Of a DNA stretch of 64,000 bases, positions 50,834 to 64,000 are shown in pieces. The notes under the pieces were generated by a model. The model was not told the DNA's origin. It did no database searches and saw nothing but the letters and a program-made list of their open reading frames with translations. The position numbers were made by a program, and so were the translations under genes. Numbering within the stretch: the stretch's first letter is position 1; every line of letters begins with the position of its first letter. Source of the DNA: Owenia fusiformis (lineage: Eukaryota). Location of the stretch: assembly GCA_903813345.2 (NCBI GenBank), contig CAIIXF020000001.1, positions 33,914,001 to 33,978,000 of the forward strand. The letters run 5' to 3'.

Positions 50834-53800
50834 TACCTTTATACCCTCTGTAGTGCCGTAGCAAGTGTAGCTAGCGGAGCCACTGAATGCATGCTCCTAG
50901 GCTTACATCCAGAACCTCTGTAGCCGCGTAGACACTGTAGCTAGCGTAGCCACTGAATGCATTGCTCCTAGTCTTACATCCAGACCCTGTGTAGCAGCGT
51001 AGTCATTGTAGCTAGCGTAGCCACCGCATGCATACTCCTTAGGTTACCTCTATAGACTCTGTAGAAGCGTACCCAGTGTAGCTAGCGTTGCCACTGAATG
51101 ACTGCTCCTATGGTTACCTTGTGTAGCAGCGTAGTCAGAGTAGCTAGAGTAGCCTCTGAATGCCTGCTCCTAAGCTTACCTCAAGAACCTCTGTAGCTGC
51201 GTAGCGAGTGTAGCTAGCGTAGCCCCCAAATGCATGCACCTAAGGTAACTTCTTTACCCTCTGTAGTCGTGTGGCCATTGTAGCTAGCGTAGCCACTGAA
51301 TGCATGATCCTTAGCTTACCTCTATACACCAGTAGTAGCGTAGACAGTGAAGCTAGCGTAGCCACTGAATGCATGCTCATAGGCTTACATCCAGAACTTC
51401 TGTAGCCGCGTAGACAGTGTAGCTAGCGTAGCCACCGCATGCATGCTAGGCTTACATCCAGACCCTGTGTAACAGCGTAGTCATTGTAGCTAGCGTAGCC
51501 ACCGCATGCATACCTCTTAGGTTACCTCTATACACTCTGTAGAAGCGTACCCAGTGTAGCTAGCGTAGCCACTGATTGACTACTCCTAGGCTTACCCTGT
51601 GTAGCAGCGTAGTCAGCGTAGTCAGAGTAGCTAGAGTAGCCTCCAAATGCCTGCTCCTAAGCTTACCTCAAGAACCTATGTAGCTGTGTAGCGAGTGTAG
51701 ACACCAAATGCATGCACCTAAGGTTACTTCTTTACCCTCTGTAGTCGCGTGGCCATTGTAGCTAGCGTAGCCACTGAATGCACGCTCCTAGGCTTACATC
51801 TATTCACCAGTAGTCGCGTAGACAATGAAGCTAGCGTAGCTACCGCATACATTCTCCTTAGGTAACCTCTATACACCCAGTGTAGCTTGTGTAGTCACAG
51901 AATGCATGCTCCTAGGCTTACATCCAGACCCTGTGAAGCCGCATAGGCAGTGAAGCTAGCGTAGCCACTAAATGCATGCTGATAGGCTTACATCCAGACC
52001 CTGTGTAGCCGCCTAGCCAGTGTAGCCACCTTATGTCTGCTCCTAAGATTACCTCCAGAACCTCTGTAGCCGTGTAACGAGTGTAGCTAGCGTAGACACC
52101 GCATGCAAGCTCCTAAGGTCACTTTTATACCCTCTGTAGTCCCCGTAGGCAGTGTAGCTAGCTGAGCCACTGAATGCATGCGTAGACAGTGTAGCTAGCG
52201 TAGCCACCGCATGCATGCTAGGCTTACATCCAGACCCTGTGTAGCAGCGTAGTCATTGTAGCTAGCGTAGCCACCGCATGCATACTCCTTAGGTTACCTC
52301 TATACACTCTGTAGAAGCGTACCCAGTGTAGCTAGTGTAGCCTATGTAGCCACTGCATGCATACTCCTTAGGTTACCTCGAGACACTCTGTAAAAGCCTA
52401 ACCAGTGTAGCTAGCGTAGCCACTGCATTAACTCTCCTAGGCTTACCTCCAGACCCTCTGTGGCCGCTTAGCCAGTGATGCTAGCGTTGCCACCGCATGT
52501 CTCCTACTAAGCTTACCTCAAGAACCTCTGTAGCCGCGTAGACACTGTAGCTAGCGGAGCCATTGAATGCATGCTCCTAGGCTTACATCCAGACCCTGTG
52601 TAGCAGCGTAGTCATTGTAGCTAGAGTACCCACTGCATGCATGTCCCTTAGGTTACCTCTATGCACCCTGTAGTGGCTTAGCCAGTGTAGCTAGCGTAGC
52701 CATTAAATGCATGCTCCTAGGCATACTTCCAAACCCTGTGTAGCGGCGTACACAGTGTCGCTAGCGTAGCCACCGCATGCATGCTCCTTACGTTACCTTT
52801 ATATCTCTGTAGTGGCGTAGCCAGTGTAGCTAGTGGAGCCACTGAATGCATGCTCCTAGGCTTACATCAAGACCCTTTGAAGCATCGTAGCCAGTTTAGC
52901 TGTTTAGTAGTTTAGTCAGTGTTGCTAGAGTAGCCACCGAATGCCTGCTCCTACCTCTGTAGCCGCGAAGCCAGTGTAGCTAGCGTAGCCATTGAATGCA
53001 TGCTCCTAGGCTTACATCCAGACCTTGTGTAGCCGCATAGACAGTGTAGTTAGCGTAGCCACCGCATATGCAAGCTCCTAAGGTCACTTTTATACCCTCT
53101 ATAGTCCCCGTAGCCAGTGTAGCTAGCGGAGCCACTGAATGCATGCTCCTAGTCTTACATCCAGACCTTGTGTAGCCGCTTAAGCCAGTACGGCTAGCAA
53201 AACCACCGCATGCATTCTCCTTAGGTTACCTCTATACCCCTGTAGCCGCGTAGCCAGTGTAGCTAGCGTAGCCAATGAATGCATGCTCCTAGGCTTACAT
53301 CAAGACCCTGTGTAGCTTTGTAACCAGTGTAGCTAGGGTAGCCACTGAATGCATGCTCCTAGGCTTATTTCCAGACCCTGTGTAGCGGCGTAGACAGTGT
53401 AGCTAACGTAGCCACCGCATACATGCTCCTAAGGTTACTTTTATACCCTCTGTAGTCCCCGTAGCCAGTGTAGCTAGTGTAGCCACTGCATGAACTCTCC
53501 TAGGCTTACCTCCAGACCTTCTGTAGCCGCGTAGCCGGTTTAGCTAGCGGAGCCTCCGAATGCCTGCTCCTAGGCTTGCCTCAAGAACCTATGTAGGCGC
53601 TAGAGTAGCCACTGCATGCATACTCCTTAGGTTACCTCGAGACACTCTGTAAAAGCCTAACCAGTGTAGCTAGCGTAGCCACTGCATCAACTCTCCTAGG
53701 CTTACCTCCAGACCCTCTGTGGCCGCGTAGCCAGTAAAGCTAGCGTAGCCACCGCATGTCTCCTCCTATGCACTGCATGCATGCTCCTTAGGTTACCTCT

Positions 53801-56800
53801 AGACACTCTGTAATAGCCTAACCAGTGTAGCTAGCGTAGCCACTGCATAAACTCTCCTATACTAGGCTTACCTCCAGACCCTCTGTAGTAGCGTACCCAG
53901 TGTAGCTAGCGGAGCCACTGAATGCATGCTCCTAGGCTTACATCCAGACCCTGTGTAGCCGCTTAGCCAGTGTGGCAAGCAAAGCCACCTCATGCATGCT
54001 CCTTAGGTTACTTTTATACCCTCTATAGTCGCGTAGCCAGTGTAGCTAGAGTTACCTCCAGAACCTCTGTAGCCGTGTAGCTAGCGTAGCTATCGCATAC
54101 ATTCTCCTAAGGTTACCTCTTTACCCTCTGTAGCTTCGTAGCGAGTGTAGCTAGCGTAGCAATTGAATGCATGCTCCTAGGCTTCTCTCCAGGCTTAGCT
54201 TAACCGCTTAGCCAGTGTGGCTAGCAAAGCCACCGAATGCCTTCTCCTAAGCTTACCTCGAGACCTTCTGTAGCCGTTTAGCGAGTGTAGCTAGCGTAGC
54301 CACCGCATGCATGCTCCTTAGGTTACCTCTATACACTCTGTAGTAGCGTATCCGGTGTAGCTAGCGGAGCCACTGAATGCATGGTCCTAGGCGTACATCC
54401 AGACCCTGTGTAGCTGCATAGGCAGAAAAGCTAGCGTAGCCACTGAATGCATGCTCATAGGCTTACATCCAGACCCTGTGTAGCCGCCTAGCCAGTGAAA
54501 CCAACGTATGTCTGCTCCTAAGCTTACCTCCAGAACCCCTGTAGCCGCGTAACGAGGGTCGCTAGCGTAGCCACCGTATGCATGGTCCTTAGGTTACCTC
54601 TATACACTATGTAGTAGCGTACCCAGTGTAGCTAGCAGAGCCACTGAATGCATGCTCCTAGGCTTACATCCAGACCCTGTGTAGCAGCGTAGTCAGAGTA
54701 GCTAGAATAGCCTCCGAATGCCTGCTCCTCAGCTTACCTCAAGAACCTCTGTAGCCATTGTAGCTAGCTTATCCAGTGCTAGGCTTACATCCAGACCCTG
54801 TGTAGCAGCTTAGTCATTGTAGCTAGCGTAGCTACCGCATGCATGCTCCTAAGGTTACTTTTATGCCCTCTGTAGTCGCGTAGCCAGTGTACCTAGCGTA
54901 TCCAGTGAATGCAAGCTAGGCTTACATCCAGACCCTGTGTCGCAGCGTAGTCATTGCAGCTAGCGTAGCCACTGAAGGCCTGCTCCTAGGGTTACATCCA
55001 GACCCTGTGTAGCAGCGTAGCGAGTGTAGCTAGCGTAGCCACCGCATGCATGTTCCTTAGGTTTCCTCTATACACTATGTAGTAGCGTACCCAGTGTAGC
55101 TAGCGGAGCCACTGAATGCATGCTCCTAGGCTTACATCCAGACTCTGTGTAGCAGCGTAGCGAGTGTAGCTAGCGTAGCCACCGCATGCATGTTCTTTAG
55201 GTTTCCTCTATACACTGAATGCATGCTCCTAGGCTTACATCCAGACCCTGTGTAGCAGCGTAGCGAGTGTAGCTAGCGTAGCCACCGCATGCTTGTTCCT
55301 TAGGTTTCCTCTATACACTATGTAGTAGCGTACCCAGTGTAGCTAGCGGAGCCACTGAATGCATGCTCCTAGGCTTACATCCAGACCCTGTGTAGCAGCG
55401 TAGTCAGAGTAGCTAGAGAAGCCTCCGAATGCTTGCTCCTAAGCTCACCTCAAGAACCTCTGTAGCCATTGTAGCTAGCGTATCCAGTGAATGCATGCTA
55501 GGCTTACATCCAGACCCTGTGTCCAGCGTAGTCATTGTAGCTAGCGTATCCATTGAAAGCCTGCTTCTAGGCTTACATCCATACCCTGTTTAGCAGCGTA
55601 GTCAGTGTAGATAGCGTAGCCTCCGAATGCCTGCTCCTAGGCTTACATCCAGACCCTGTGTAGCAGCGTAGTCAGAGTAGCTAGAGTAGCCTCCGAATGC
55701 CTGCTCCTAAGCTTACCTCAAGAACCTCTGTAGCCATTGTAGCTAGCGTATCCAGTGAATGCAAGCTAGGCTAACATCCAGACCCTGTGTCGCAGCGTAG
55801 TCATTGCAGCTAGCGTAGCCACTGAAGGCCTGCTCCTAGGGTTACATCCAGACCCTGTGTAGCAGCTTAGTCAGTGTAGCTAGCGTAGCCTCCGAATGCC
55901 TGCTCCTAGGCTTACATCCAGACCCTGTGTAGCAGCGTAGCGAATGTAGCTAGCGTAGCCACCGCATGCATGTTCCTTAAGTTTCCTCTATACACTTTGT
56001 AGTAGTGTACCCATGTGCATGCATGTTCTTTAGGTTTCCTCTATACACTATGTAGAAGCGTACCCAGTGTAGCTAGCGGGGCCACTGAATGCATGCTCCT
56101 AGGCTTACATCCAGACCCTGTGTAGCAGCGTAGTCAGAGTAGCTAGAGTAGCCTCCGAATGCCTGCTCCTAAGCCTACCTCAAGAACCTCTGCAGCCATT
56201 GTAGCTAGCGTATCCAGTGAATGCATGCTAGGCTTACATCCAGACCCTGTGTAGCAGCGTAGTCAGTGTAGCTAGCGTAGCCATTGAAAGCCTGCTTCTA
56301 GGCTTACATCCAGACCCTGTGTAGCAGCGTAGCGAGTATAGCTAGCGTAGCCACCGCATGCATGTTCCTTAGTAGCCTATGTAGTAGCGTACCCAGTGTA
56401 GCTAGCGGAGCCACTAAATGCATGCTCCTAGGCTTACATCCAGACTCTGTGTAGCAGCGTAGTCAGGGTAGCTAGCGTATCCAGTGAATGCATGCTAGGC
56501 TTACATCCAGACCCTGTGTAGCAGCATAGTCAGTGTAGCTAGCGTAGCCTCCGAATGCCTGCTCCTAGGCTTACATCCAGACCCTGTGTAGCAGCGTAGT
56601 CAGAGTAGCTAGAGTAGCCTCCGAATGCCTGCTCCTAAGCTTACCTCATGAACCTCTGTAGCCATTGTAGCTAGCTTATCCAGTGAATGCATGCTAGGCT
56701 TACATCCAGACCCTGTGTAGCAGCGTAGTCATTGTAGCTAGCGTAGCTACCGCATGCATGCTCCTAAGGTTACTTTTATGCCTCTGTAGTCGCCTAGCCA

Positions 56801-58848
56801 GTGTATCTATCGTATCCAGTGAATGCATGCTAGGCTTACATCCAGACCCTGTGTAGCAGCGTAGTCAGTGTAGCTAGCGTAGCCATTGAAAGCCTGCTTC
56901 TAGGCTTACATCCAGACTCTGTGTAGCAGCGTAGTCAGGGTAGCTAGCGTAGCCTCCGAATGCCTGCTTCGAAGCTTAATCAGTGTGGCTAGCAAAGCAC
57001 CGCATGCATTGTCCTAAGGTTACCTCTATACCCTCTGTAGCTGTGTAACGAGTGTAGCTAGCGTAGCCACTGAATGCATGCTCCTGAGGTTACCTTTATA
57101 CCCTCTGTAGTGGCGTAGCAAGTGTAGCTAGCGGAGCCACTGAATGCATGCTCCTAGGCTTACATCCAGAACTTCTTTAGCCGCGTAGACAGTGTAGCTA
57201 GCGTAGCCACCGCATGCATGCTAGGCTTACATCCAGACCCTGTGTAGCAGCGTAGTCATTGTAGCTAGCGTAGCCACCGCATGCATACTCCTTAGGTTAC
57301 CTCTATAGACTCTGTAGTAGCGTACCCTGTGTAGCTAGCGTAGCCACTGAATGCATTGCTCCGAGGCTTACATCCAGACCCTGTATAGCAGCGTAGTCAT
57401 TGTAGCTAGCGTAGCCACCGTATGCATACTCTTTAGATTACTTCTTTACACTCTGTAGAAGCGTACCCAGTGTAGCTAGCGTAGCCACTGAATGACTGCT
57501 CCTAGGCTTACCCTGTGTAGCAGCGTAGTCAGCGTAGTCAGAGTAGCTAGAGTAGCCTCTGTATGCCTGCTCCTAAGCTTACTACTAAGGTTACTTCTTT
57601 ACCCTCTGTATTTGTGTGGCCATTGTAGCTAGTGTAGTCACAGAATGCATGCTCCTAGGCTTACATCCAGACCCTGTGTAGCTGCATAGGCAGTGAAGCT
57701 ACCGTAGCCACTGAATGCATGCTGATAGGCTTACATCCAGACCCTGTGTAGCCGCCTAGCCAGAGTAGCCACCTTATGTCTGCTACTAAGCTTACCTCCA
57801 GAACCTCTGTAGCCTCGTAACGAGTGTAGCTAGCGTAACCACCGCATGCATGCACCTAAGGTTACCTTTATACCCTCTGTAGAGGCTCAGCCAGTGCATC
57901 TTGCGTAGCCACTGAATGCACGCTCCTAGGCTTATATCTAGACCCTGTGTAGCAGCGTAGTTAGTGTAGCTAGCGTAGCCTCCGAATGCCTGCTACAGTG
58001 TGGCTAGCAAAAGCAGAGCATGCATTGTCCTAAGGTTACTTCTATACCCTGTGTAGTGGCGTAGCCAGTGTAGCTAGCGGAGCCACTGAATGCATGCTTC
58101 TAGGCTTACATCCAGAACCTCTATAGCCGCTTAGCGAGTGTACCTAGCGTAGCCACCGCATGCATGCTCCTTAGGTTACCTCTATACACTATGTAGTAGC
58201 GTACCCAGTGTAGCTAGCGGAGCCACTGAATGCATGCTCCTAGGCTTACATCCAGACCCTGTGTAGTCAGCGTAGCCAGAGTAGCTAGAGTAGCCTCCGA
58301 ATGCTTGCTCCTAAGCTTACCTCAAGAACCTCTGTAGCTGCGTAGCGAGTGTAGCTAGCGTAGCCACCAAATGCATGCGCCTAAGGTTACTTCTTTACCC
58401 TCTGTAGCAGCGTACCCAGTGTAGCTAGTGTAGTCACAGAATGCATGCTCCTAGGCTTACATCCAGACCCTGTGTAGCTGCATAGGCAGTGAAGCTAGTG
58501 TAGCCACTGGATGCATTCTCATAGGCTTACATCCAGACCCTGTGTAGCCGCCTAGCCAGTGTAGCCACCTTATGTCTGCTACTAAGCTTACCTCCAGAAC
58601 CTCTGTAGCCGCGTAACGAGTGTACCTATCGTAGCCACCGCATGCATGCAACTAAGGTTACCTTTATACCCTCTGTAGAGGCATAGCCAGTGCATCTAGC
58701 GTAGCCACTGAATGCACGCTCCTTGGCTTATATCTAGACCCTGTGTAGCAGCGAAGTCAGTGTAGCAAGCGTAGCTTCCGAATGCCTGCTCCTAAGCTTA
58801 ACCAGTGTGGCTAGCAAAAGCAACGCATGCATTGTCCCAAGGTTACGT

Positions 58849-59165
58849 CTCGTATTTTTTGCAAGGACTCGGATGGATGGATATTCTGTCATATGACTTG
58901 CGGCAAACCTACCATTTTCCATTGGTTAACATGGGAATGTCGATTTTCAAAAATTCATCAAATCTATCATCAATTTTCGACCTATTATAATTGAGGAAAA
59001 AAATTGAGAAAATTCGGAGGTATTGGAATTAAGGTCAAATTACGTTCCCATCAATAGTTTAAGTATTTTCATTGCAGGTTAAGTAAATAAAAATTCAAAG
59101 GTAAAGAGGCTTTAACACGTAGTTCAATGGGGGAAAAAAGGTTGCCAAACTTATGGAGGGGAGTG
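58849..59165. mobile_element. Duplicate of the truncated MITE, copied with the satellite
   Basis: Same junctions as 50517-50833, offset 8332. Confidence 0.9.
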
Positions 59166-62100
59166 TACCTTTATACCCTCTGTAGTGCCGTAGCAAGTGT
59201 AGCTAGTGGAGCCACTGAATGCATGCTCCTAGGCTTACATCCAGAACCTCTGTAGCCGCGTAGACACTGTAGCTAGCGTAGCCACTGAATGCATTGCTCC
59301 TAGGCTTACATCCAGACCCTGTGTAGCAGCGTAGTCATTGTAGCTAGCGTAGCCACCGCATGCATACTCCTTAGGTTACCTCTATAGACTCTGTAGAAGC
59401 GTACCAAGTGTAGCTAGCGTTGCCACTGAATGACTGCTCCTAGGGTTACCTTGTGTAGCAGCGTAGTCAGCATAATCAGAGTAGCTAGAGTAGCCTCTGA
59501 ATGCCTGCTCCTAAGCTTACCTCAAGAACCTCTGTAGCTGCGTAGCGAGTGTAGCTAGCGTAGCCCCCAAATGCATGCACCTAAGGTTACTTCTTTACCC
59601 TCTGTATTCGTGTGGCCATTGTAGCTAGCGTAGCCACTGAATGCATGATCCTTAGCTTACCTCTATACACCAGTAGTAGCGTAGACAGTGAAGCTAGCGT
59701 AGCCATTGAATGCATGCTCATAGGCTTACATCCAGAACTTCTGTAGCCGCGTAGACAGTGTAGCTAGCGTAGCCACCGCATGCATGCTAGGCTTACATCC
59801 AGACCCTGTGTAACAGCGTAGTCATTGTAGCTAGCGTAGCCACCGCATGCATACCTCTTAGGTTACCTCTATACACTCTGTAGAAGCGTACCCAGTGTAG
59901 CTAGCACTGATTGACACTGATTGACTACTCCTAGGCTTACCCTGTGTAGCAGCGTAGTCAGCGTAGTCAGAGTAGCTAGAGTAGCCTCCGAATGCCTGCT
60001 CCTACCTCTGTAGCCGCGAAGCCAGTGTAGCTAGCGTAGCCATTGAATGCATGCTCCTAGGCTTACATCCAGACCTTGTGTAGCCGCATAGACAGTGTAG
60101 TTAGCGTAGCCACCGCATATGCAAGCTCCTAAGGTCACTTTTATACCCTCTATAGTCCCCGTAGCCAGTGTAGCTAGCGGAGCCACTGAATGCATGCTCC
60201 TAGTCTTACATCCAGACCTTGTGTAGCCGCTTAAGCCAGTACGGCTAGCAAAACCAATGCATGCATTCTCCTTAGGTTACCTCTATACCCCTGTAGTCGC
60301 GTAGCCAGTGTAGCTAGCGTAGCCAATGAATGCATGCTCCTAGGCTTACATCAAGACCCTGTGTAGCTTTGTAACCAGTGTAGCTAGGGTAGCCACTGAA
60401 TGCATGCTCCTAGGCTTATTTCCAGACCCTGTGTAGCGGCGTAGACAGTGTAGCTAACGTAGCCACCGCATACATGCTCCTAAGGTTACTTTTATACCCT
60501 CTGTAGTCCCCGTAGCCAGTGTAGCTAGTGTAGCCACTGCATGAACTCTCCTAGGCTTACCTCCAGACCTTCTGTAGCCGTGTAGCCGGTTTAGCTAGCG
60601 GAGCCTCCGAATGCCTGCTCCTAGGCTTGCCTCAAGAACCTATGTAGGCGCTAGAGTAGCCACTGCATGCATACTCCTTAGGTTACCTCGAGACACTCTG
60701 TAAAAGCCTAACCAGTGTAGCTAGCGTAGCCACTGCATGAACTCTCCTAGGCTTACCTCTAGACACTCTGTAATAGCCTAACCAGTGTAGCTAGCGTAGC
60801 CACTGCATAAACTCTCCTATACTAGGCTTACCTCCAGACCCTCTGTAGTAGCGTACCCAGTGTAGCTAGCGGAGCCACTGAATGCATGCTCCTAGGCTTA
60901 CATCCAGACCCTGTGTAGCCGCTTAGCCAGTGTGGCTAGCAAAGCCACCTCATGCATGCTCCTTAGGTTACTTTTATACCCTCTATAGTCGCGTAGCCAG
61001 TGTAGCTAGAGTTACCTCCAGAACCTCTGTAGCCGTGTAGCTAGCGTAGCTATCGCATACATTCTCCTAAGGTTACCTCTTTACCCTCTGTAGCTTCGTA
61101 GCGAGTGTAGCTAGCGTAGCAATTGAATGCATGCTCCTAGGCTTCTCTCCAGGCTTAGCTTAACCGCTTAGCCAGTGTGGCTAGCAAAGCCACCGAATGC
61201 CTTCTCCTAAGCTTACCTCGAGACCTTCTGTAGCCGTTTAGCGAGTGTAGCTAGCGTAGCCACCGCATGCATGCTCCTTAGGTTACCTCTATACACTCTG
61301 TAGTAGCGTATCCGGTGTAGCTAGCGGAGCCACTGAATGCATGGTCCTAGGCGTACATCCAGACCCTGTGTAGCTGCATAGGCAGAAAAGCTAGCGTAGC
61401 CACTGAATGCATGCTCATAGGCTTACATCCAGACCCTGTGTAGCCGCCTAGCCAGTGAAACCAACGTATGTCTGCTCCTAAGCTTACCTCCAGAACACCT
61501 GTAGCTGCGTAACGAGGGTCGCTAGCGTAGCCACCGTATGCATGGTCCTTAGGTTACCTCTATACACTATGTAGTAGCGTACCCAGTGTAGCTAGCAGAG
61601 CCACTGAATGCATGCTCCTAGGCTTACATCCAGACCCTGTGTAGCAGCGTAGTCAGAGTAGCTAGAATAGCCTCCGAATGCCTGCTCCTCAGCTTACCTC
61701 AAGAACCTCTGTAGCCATTGTAGCTAGCTTATCCAGTGCTAGGCTTACATCCAGACCCTGTGTAGCAGCTTAGTCATTGTAGCTAGCGTAGCTACCGCAT
61801 GCATGCTCCTAAGGTTACTTTTATGCCCTCTGTAGTCGCGTAGCCAGTGTACCTAGCGTATCCAGTGAATGCAAGCTAGGCTTACATCCAGACCCTGTGT
61901 CGCAGCGTAGTCATTGCAGCTAGCGTAGCCACTGAAGGCCTGCTCCTAGGGTTACATCCAGACCCTGTGTAGCAGCGTAGCGAGTGTAGCTAGCGTAGCC
62001 ACCGCATGCATGTTCCTTAGGTTTCCTCTATACACTATGTAGTAGCGTACCCAGTGTAGCTAGCGGAGCCACTGAATGCATGCTCCTAGGCTTACATCCA

Positions 62101-64000
62101 GACCCTGTGTAGCAGCGTAGTCAGAGTAGCTAGAGTAGCCTCCGAATGCCTGCTCCTAAGCTTACCTTAAGAACCTCTGTAGCCATTGTAGCTAGCGTAT
62201 CCAGTGAATGCATGCTAGGCTTACATCTAGACCCTGTGTAGCAGCATAGTCAGTGTAGCTAGCGTAGCCTCCGAATGCCTGCTCCTAGGCTTACATCCAG
62301 ACCCTGTGTAGCAGCGTAGTCAGAGTAGCTAGAGTAGCCTCCGAATGCCTGCTCCTAAGCTTACCTCATGAACCTCTGTAGCCATTGTAGCTAGCTTATC
62401 CAGTGAATGCATGCTAGGCTTACATCCAGACCCTGTGTGGCAGCGTAGTCATTGTAGCTACCGCATGCATGCTCCTAAGGTTACGCTTATGCCCTCTGTA
62501 GTCGTGTCGCCAGTGTAGCTAGCGTATCCAGTGAATGCATGCTAGGCTTACATCCAGACCCTGTGTCCAGCGTAGTCATTGTAGCTAGCGTATCCATTGA
62601 AAGCCTGCTTCTAGGCTTACATCCATACCCTGTTTAGCAGCGTAGTCAGTGTAGATAGCGTAGCCTCCGAATGCCTGCTCCTAGGCTTACATCCAGACCC
62701 TGTGTAGCAGCGTAGTCAGAGTAGCTAGAGTAGCCTCCGAATGCCTGCTCCTAAGCTTACCTCAAGAACCTCTGTAGCCATTGTAGCTAGCGTATCCAGT
62801 GAATGCAAGCTAGGCTTACATCCAGACCCTGTGTCGCAGCGTTGTCATTGCAGCTAGCGTAGCCACTGAAGGCCTGCTCCTAGGGTTACATCCAGACCCT
62901 GTGTAGCAGCGTAGTCAGTGTAGCTAGCGTAGCCTCCGAATGCCTGCTCCTAGGCTTACATCCAGACCCTGTGTAGCAGCGTAGCGAGTGTAGCTAGCGT
63001 AGCCACCGCATGCATGTTCCTTTAGTTTCCTCTATACACTATGTAGTAGTGTACCCATGTGCATGCATCTTCTTTAGGTTTCCTCTATACACTATGTAGA
63101 AGCGTACCCAGTGTAGCTAGCGTAGTCATTGTAGCTAGCGTATCCATTGAAAGCCTGCTTCTAGGCTTACATCCATACCCTGTTTAGCAGCGTAGTCAGT
63201 GTAGATAGCGTAGCCTAAGCCTACCTCAAGAACCTCTGTAGCCATTGTAGCTAGCGTATCCAGTGAATGCATGCTAGGCTTACATCCAGACCCTGTGTAG
63301 CAGCATAGTCAGTGTAGCTAGCGTAGCCTCCGAATGCCTGCTCCTAGGCTTACATCCAGACCCTGTGTAGCAGCGTAGTCAGAGTAGCTAGAGTAGCCTC
63401 CGAATGCCTGCTCCTAAGCCTACCTCAAGAACCTCTGTAGCCATTGTAGCTAGCGTATCCAGTGAATGCATGCTAGGCTTACATCCAGACCCTGTGTAGC
63501 AGCATAGTCAGTGTAGCTAGCGTAGCCTCCGAATGCCTGCTCCTAGGCTTACATCCAGACCCTGTGTAGCAGCGTAGCGAGTGTAGCTAGCGTAGCCACC
63601 GCATGCATGTTCCTTAAGTTTCCTCTATACACTATGTAGTAGTGTACCCATGTGCATGCATGTTCTTTAGGTTTCCTCTATACACTATGTAGAAGCGTAC
63701 CCAGTGTAGCTAGCGGGGCCACTGAATGCATGCTCCTAGGCTTACATCCAGACCCTGTGTAGCAGCGTAGTCAGAGTAGCTAGAGTAGCCTCCGAATGCC
63801 TGCTCCTAAGCCTACCTCAAGAACCTCTGTAGCCATTGTAGCTAGCGTATCCAGTGAATGCATGCTAGGCTTACATCCAGACCCTGTGTAGCTAGCGTAG
63901 CCATTGAAAGCCTGCTTCTAAGGCTTACATCCAGACCCTGTGTAGCAGCGTAGCGAGTATAGCTAGCGTAGCCACCGCATGCATGTTCCTTAGTAGCCTA

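Larger units (their letters stand above)
42894..64000 (+). repeat. 70-bp satellite array (~280-300 monomers, continues past the window end) with higher-order repeats
   Basis: Consensus TGTAGCCGCGTAGCCAGTGTAGCTAGCGTAGCCACTGAATGCATGCTCCTAGGCTTACATCCAGACCCTG; period 70 (43788/43858); two main monomer types. Confidence 0.97.

Noticed and set aside
42894..64000. Short ORFs in the satellite and MITEs (e.g. 48712-48906, 50473-50658)
   Set aside because: Chance translations of repeats with no protein motifs.

Overview
AT-rich eukaryotic DNA, probably from an invertebrate animal, made almost entirely of mobile elements and tandem repeats. I found no recognisable host gene, tRNA, rRNA or CRISPR array. 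In order: (1) 1-6890, the right arm of a decayed Maverick/Polinton, with a frameshifted A32-type packaging ATPase, a small basic ORF split by a Harbinger-like insertion and an ACTACT end next to a Helitron-like 3' terminus; (2) 7.7-22.6 kb, nested non-autonomous DNA transposons (Transib-like, Tc1/mariner, hAT-like, Kolobok-like), a LINE 3' fragment and a 190-bp tandem array; (3) 23.1-34.6 kb, a ~3.585-kb tandem duplication whose third, deleted copy holds a nearly intact CR1/L2-group LINE with a 2A-like motif; (4) 34.7-40.1 kb, a defective DIRS/Ngaro-type tyrosine-recombinase retrotransposon (gag, RT, RNase H, YR) with three copies of a conserved stem-loop; (5) 42.9-64 kb, a 70-bp satellite with 7-9 kb higher-order repeats marked by MITE insertions. 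All family assignments come from motifs and termini read by eye, not from database searches.
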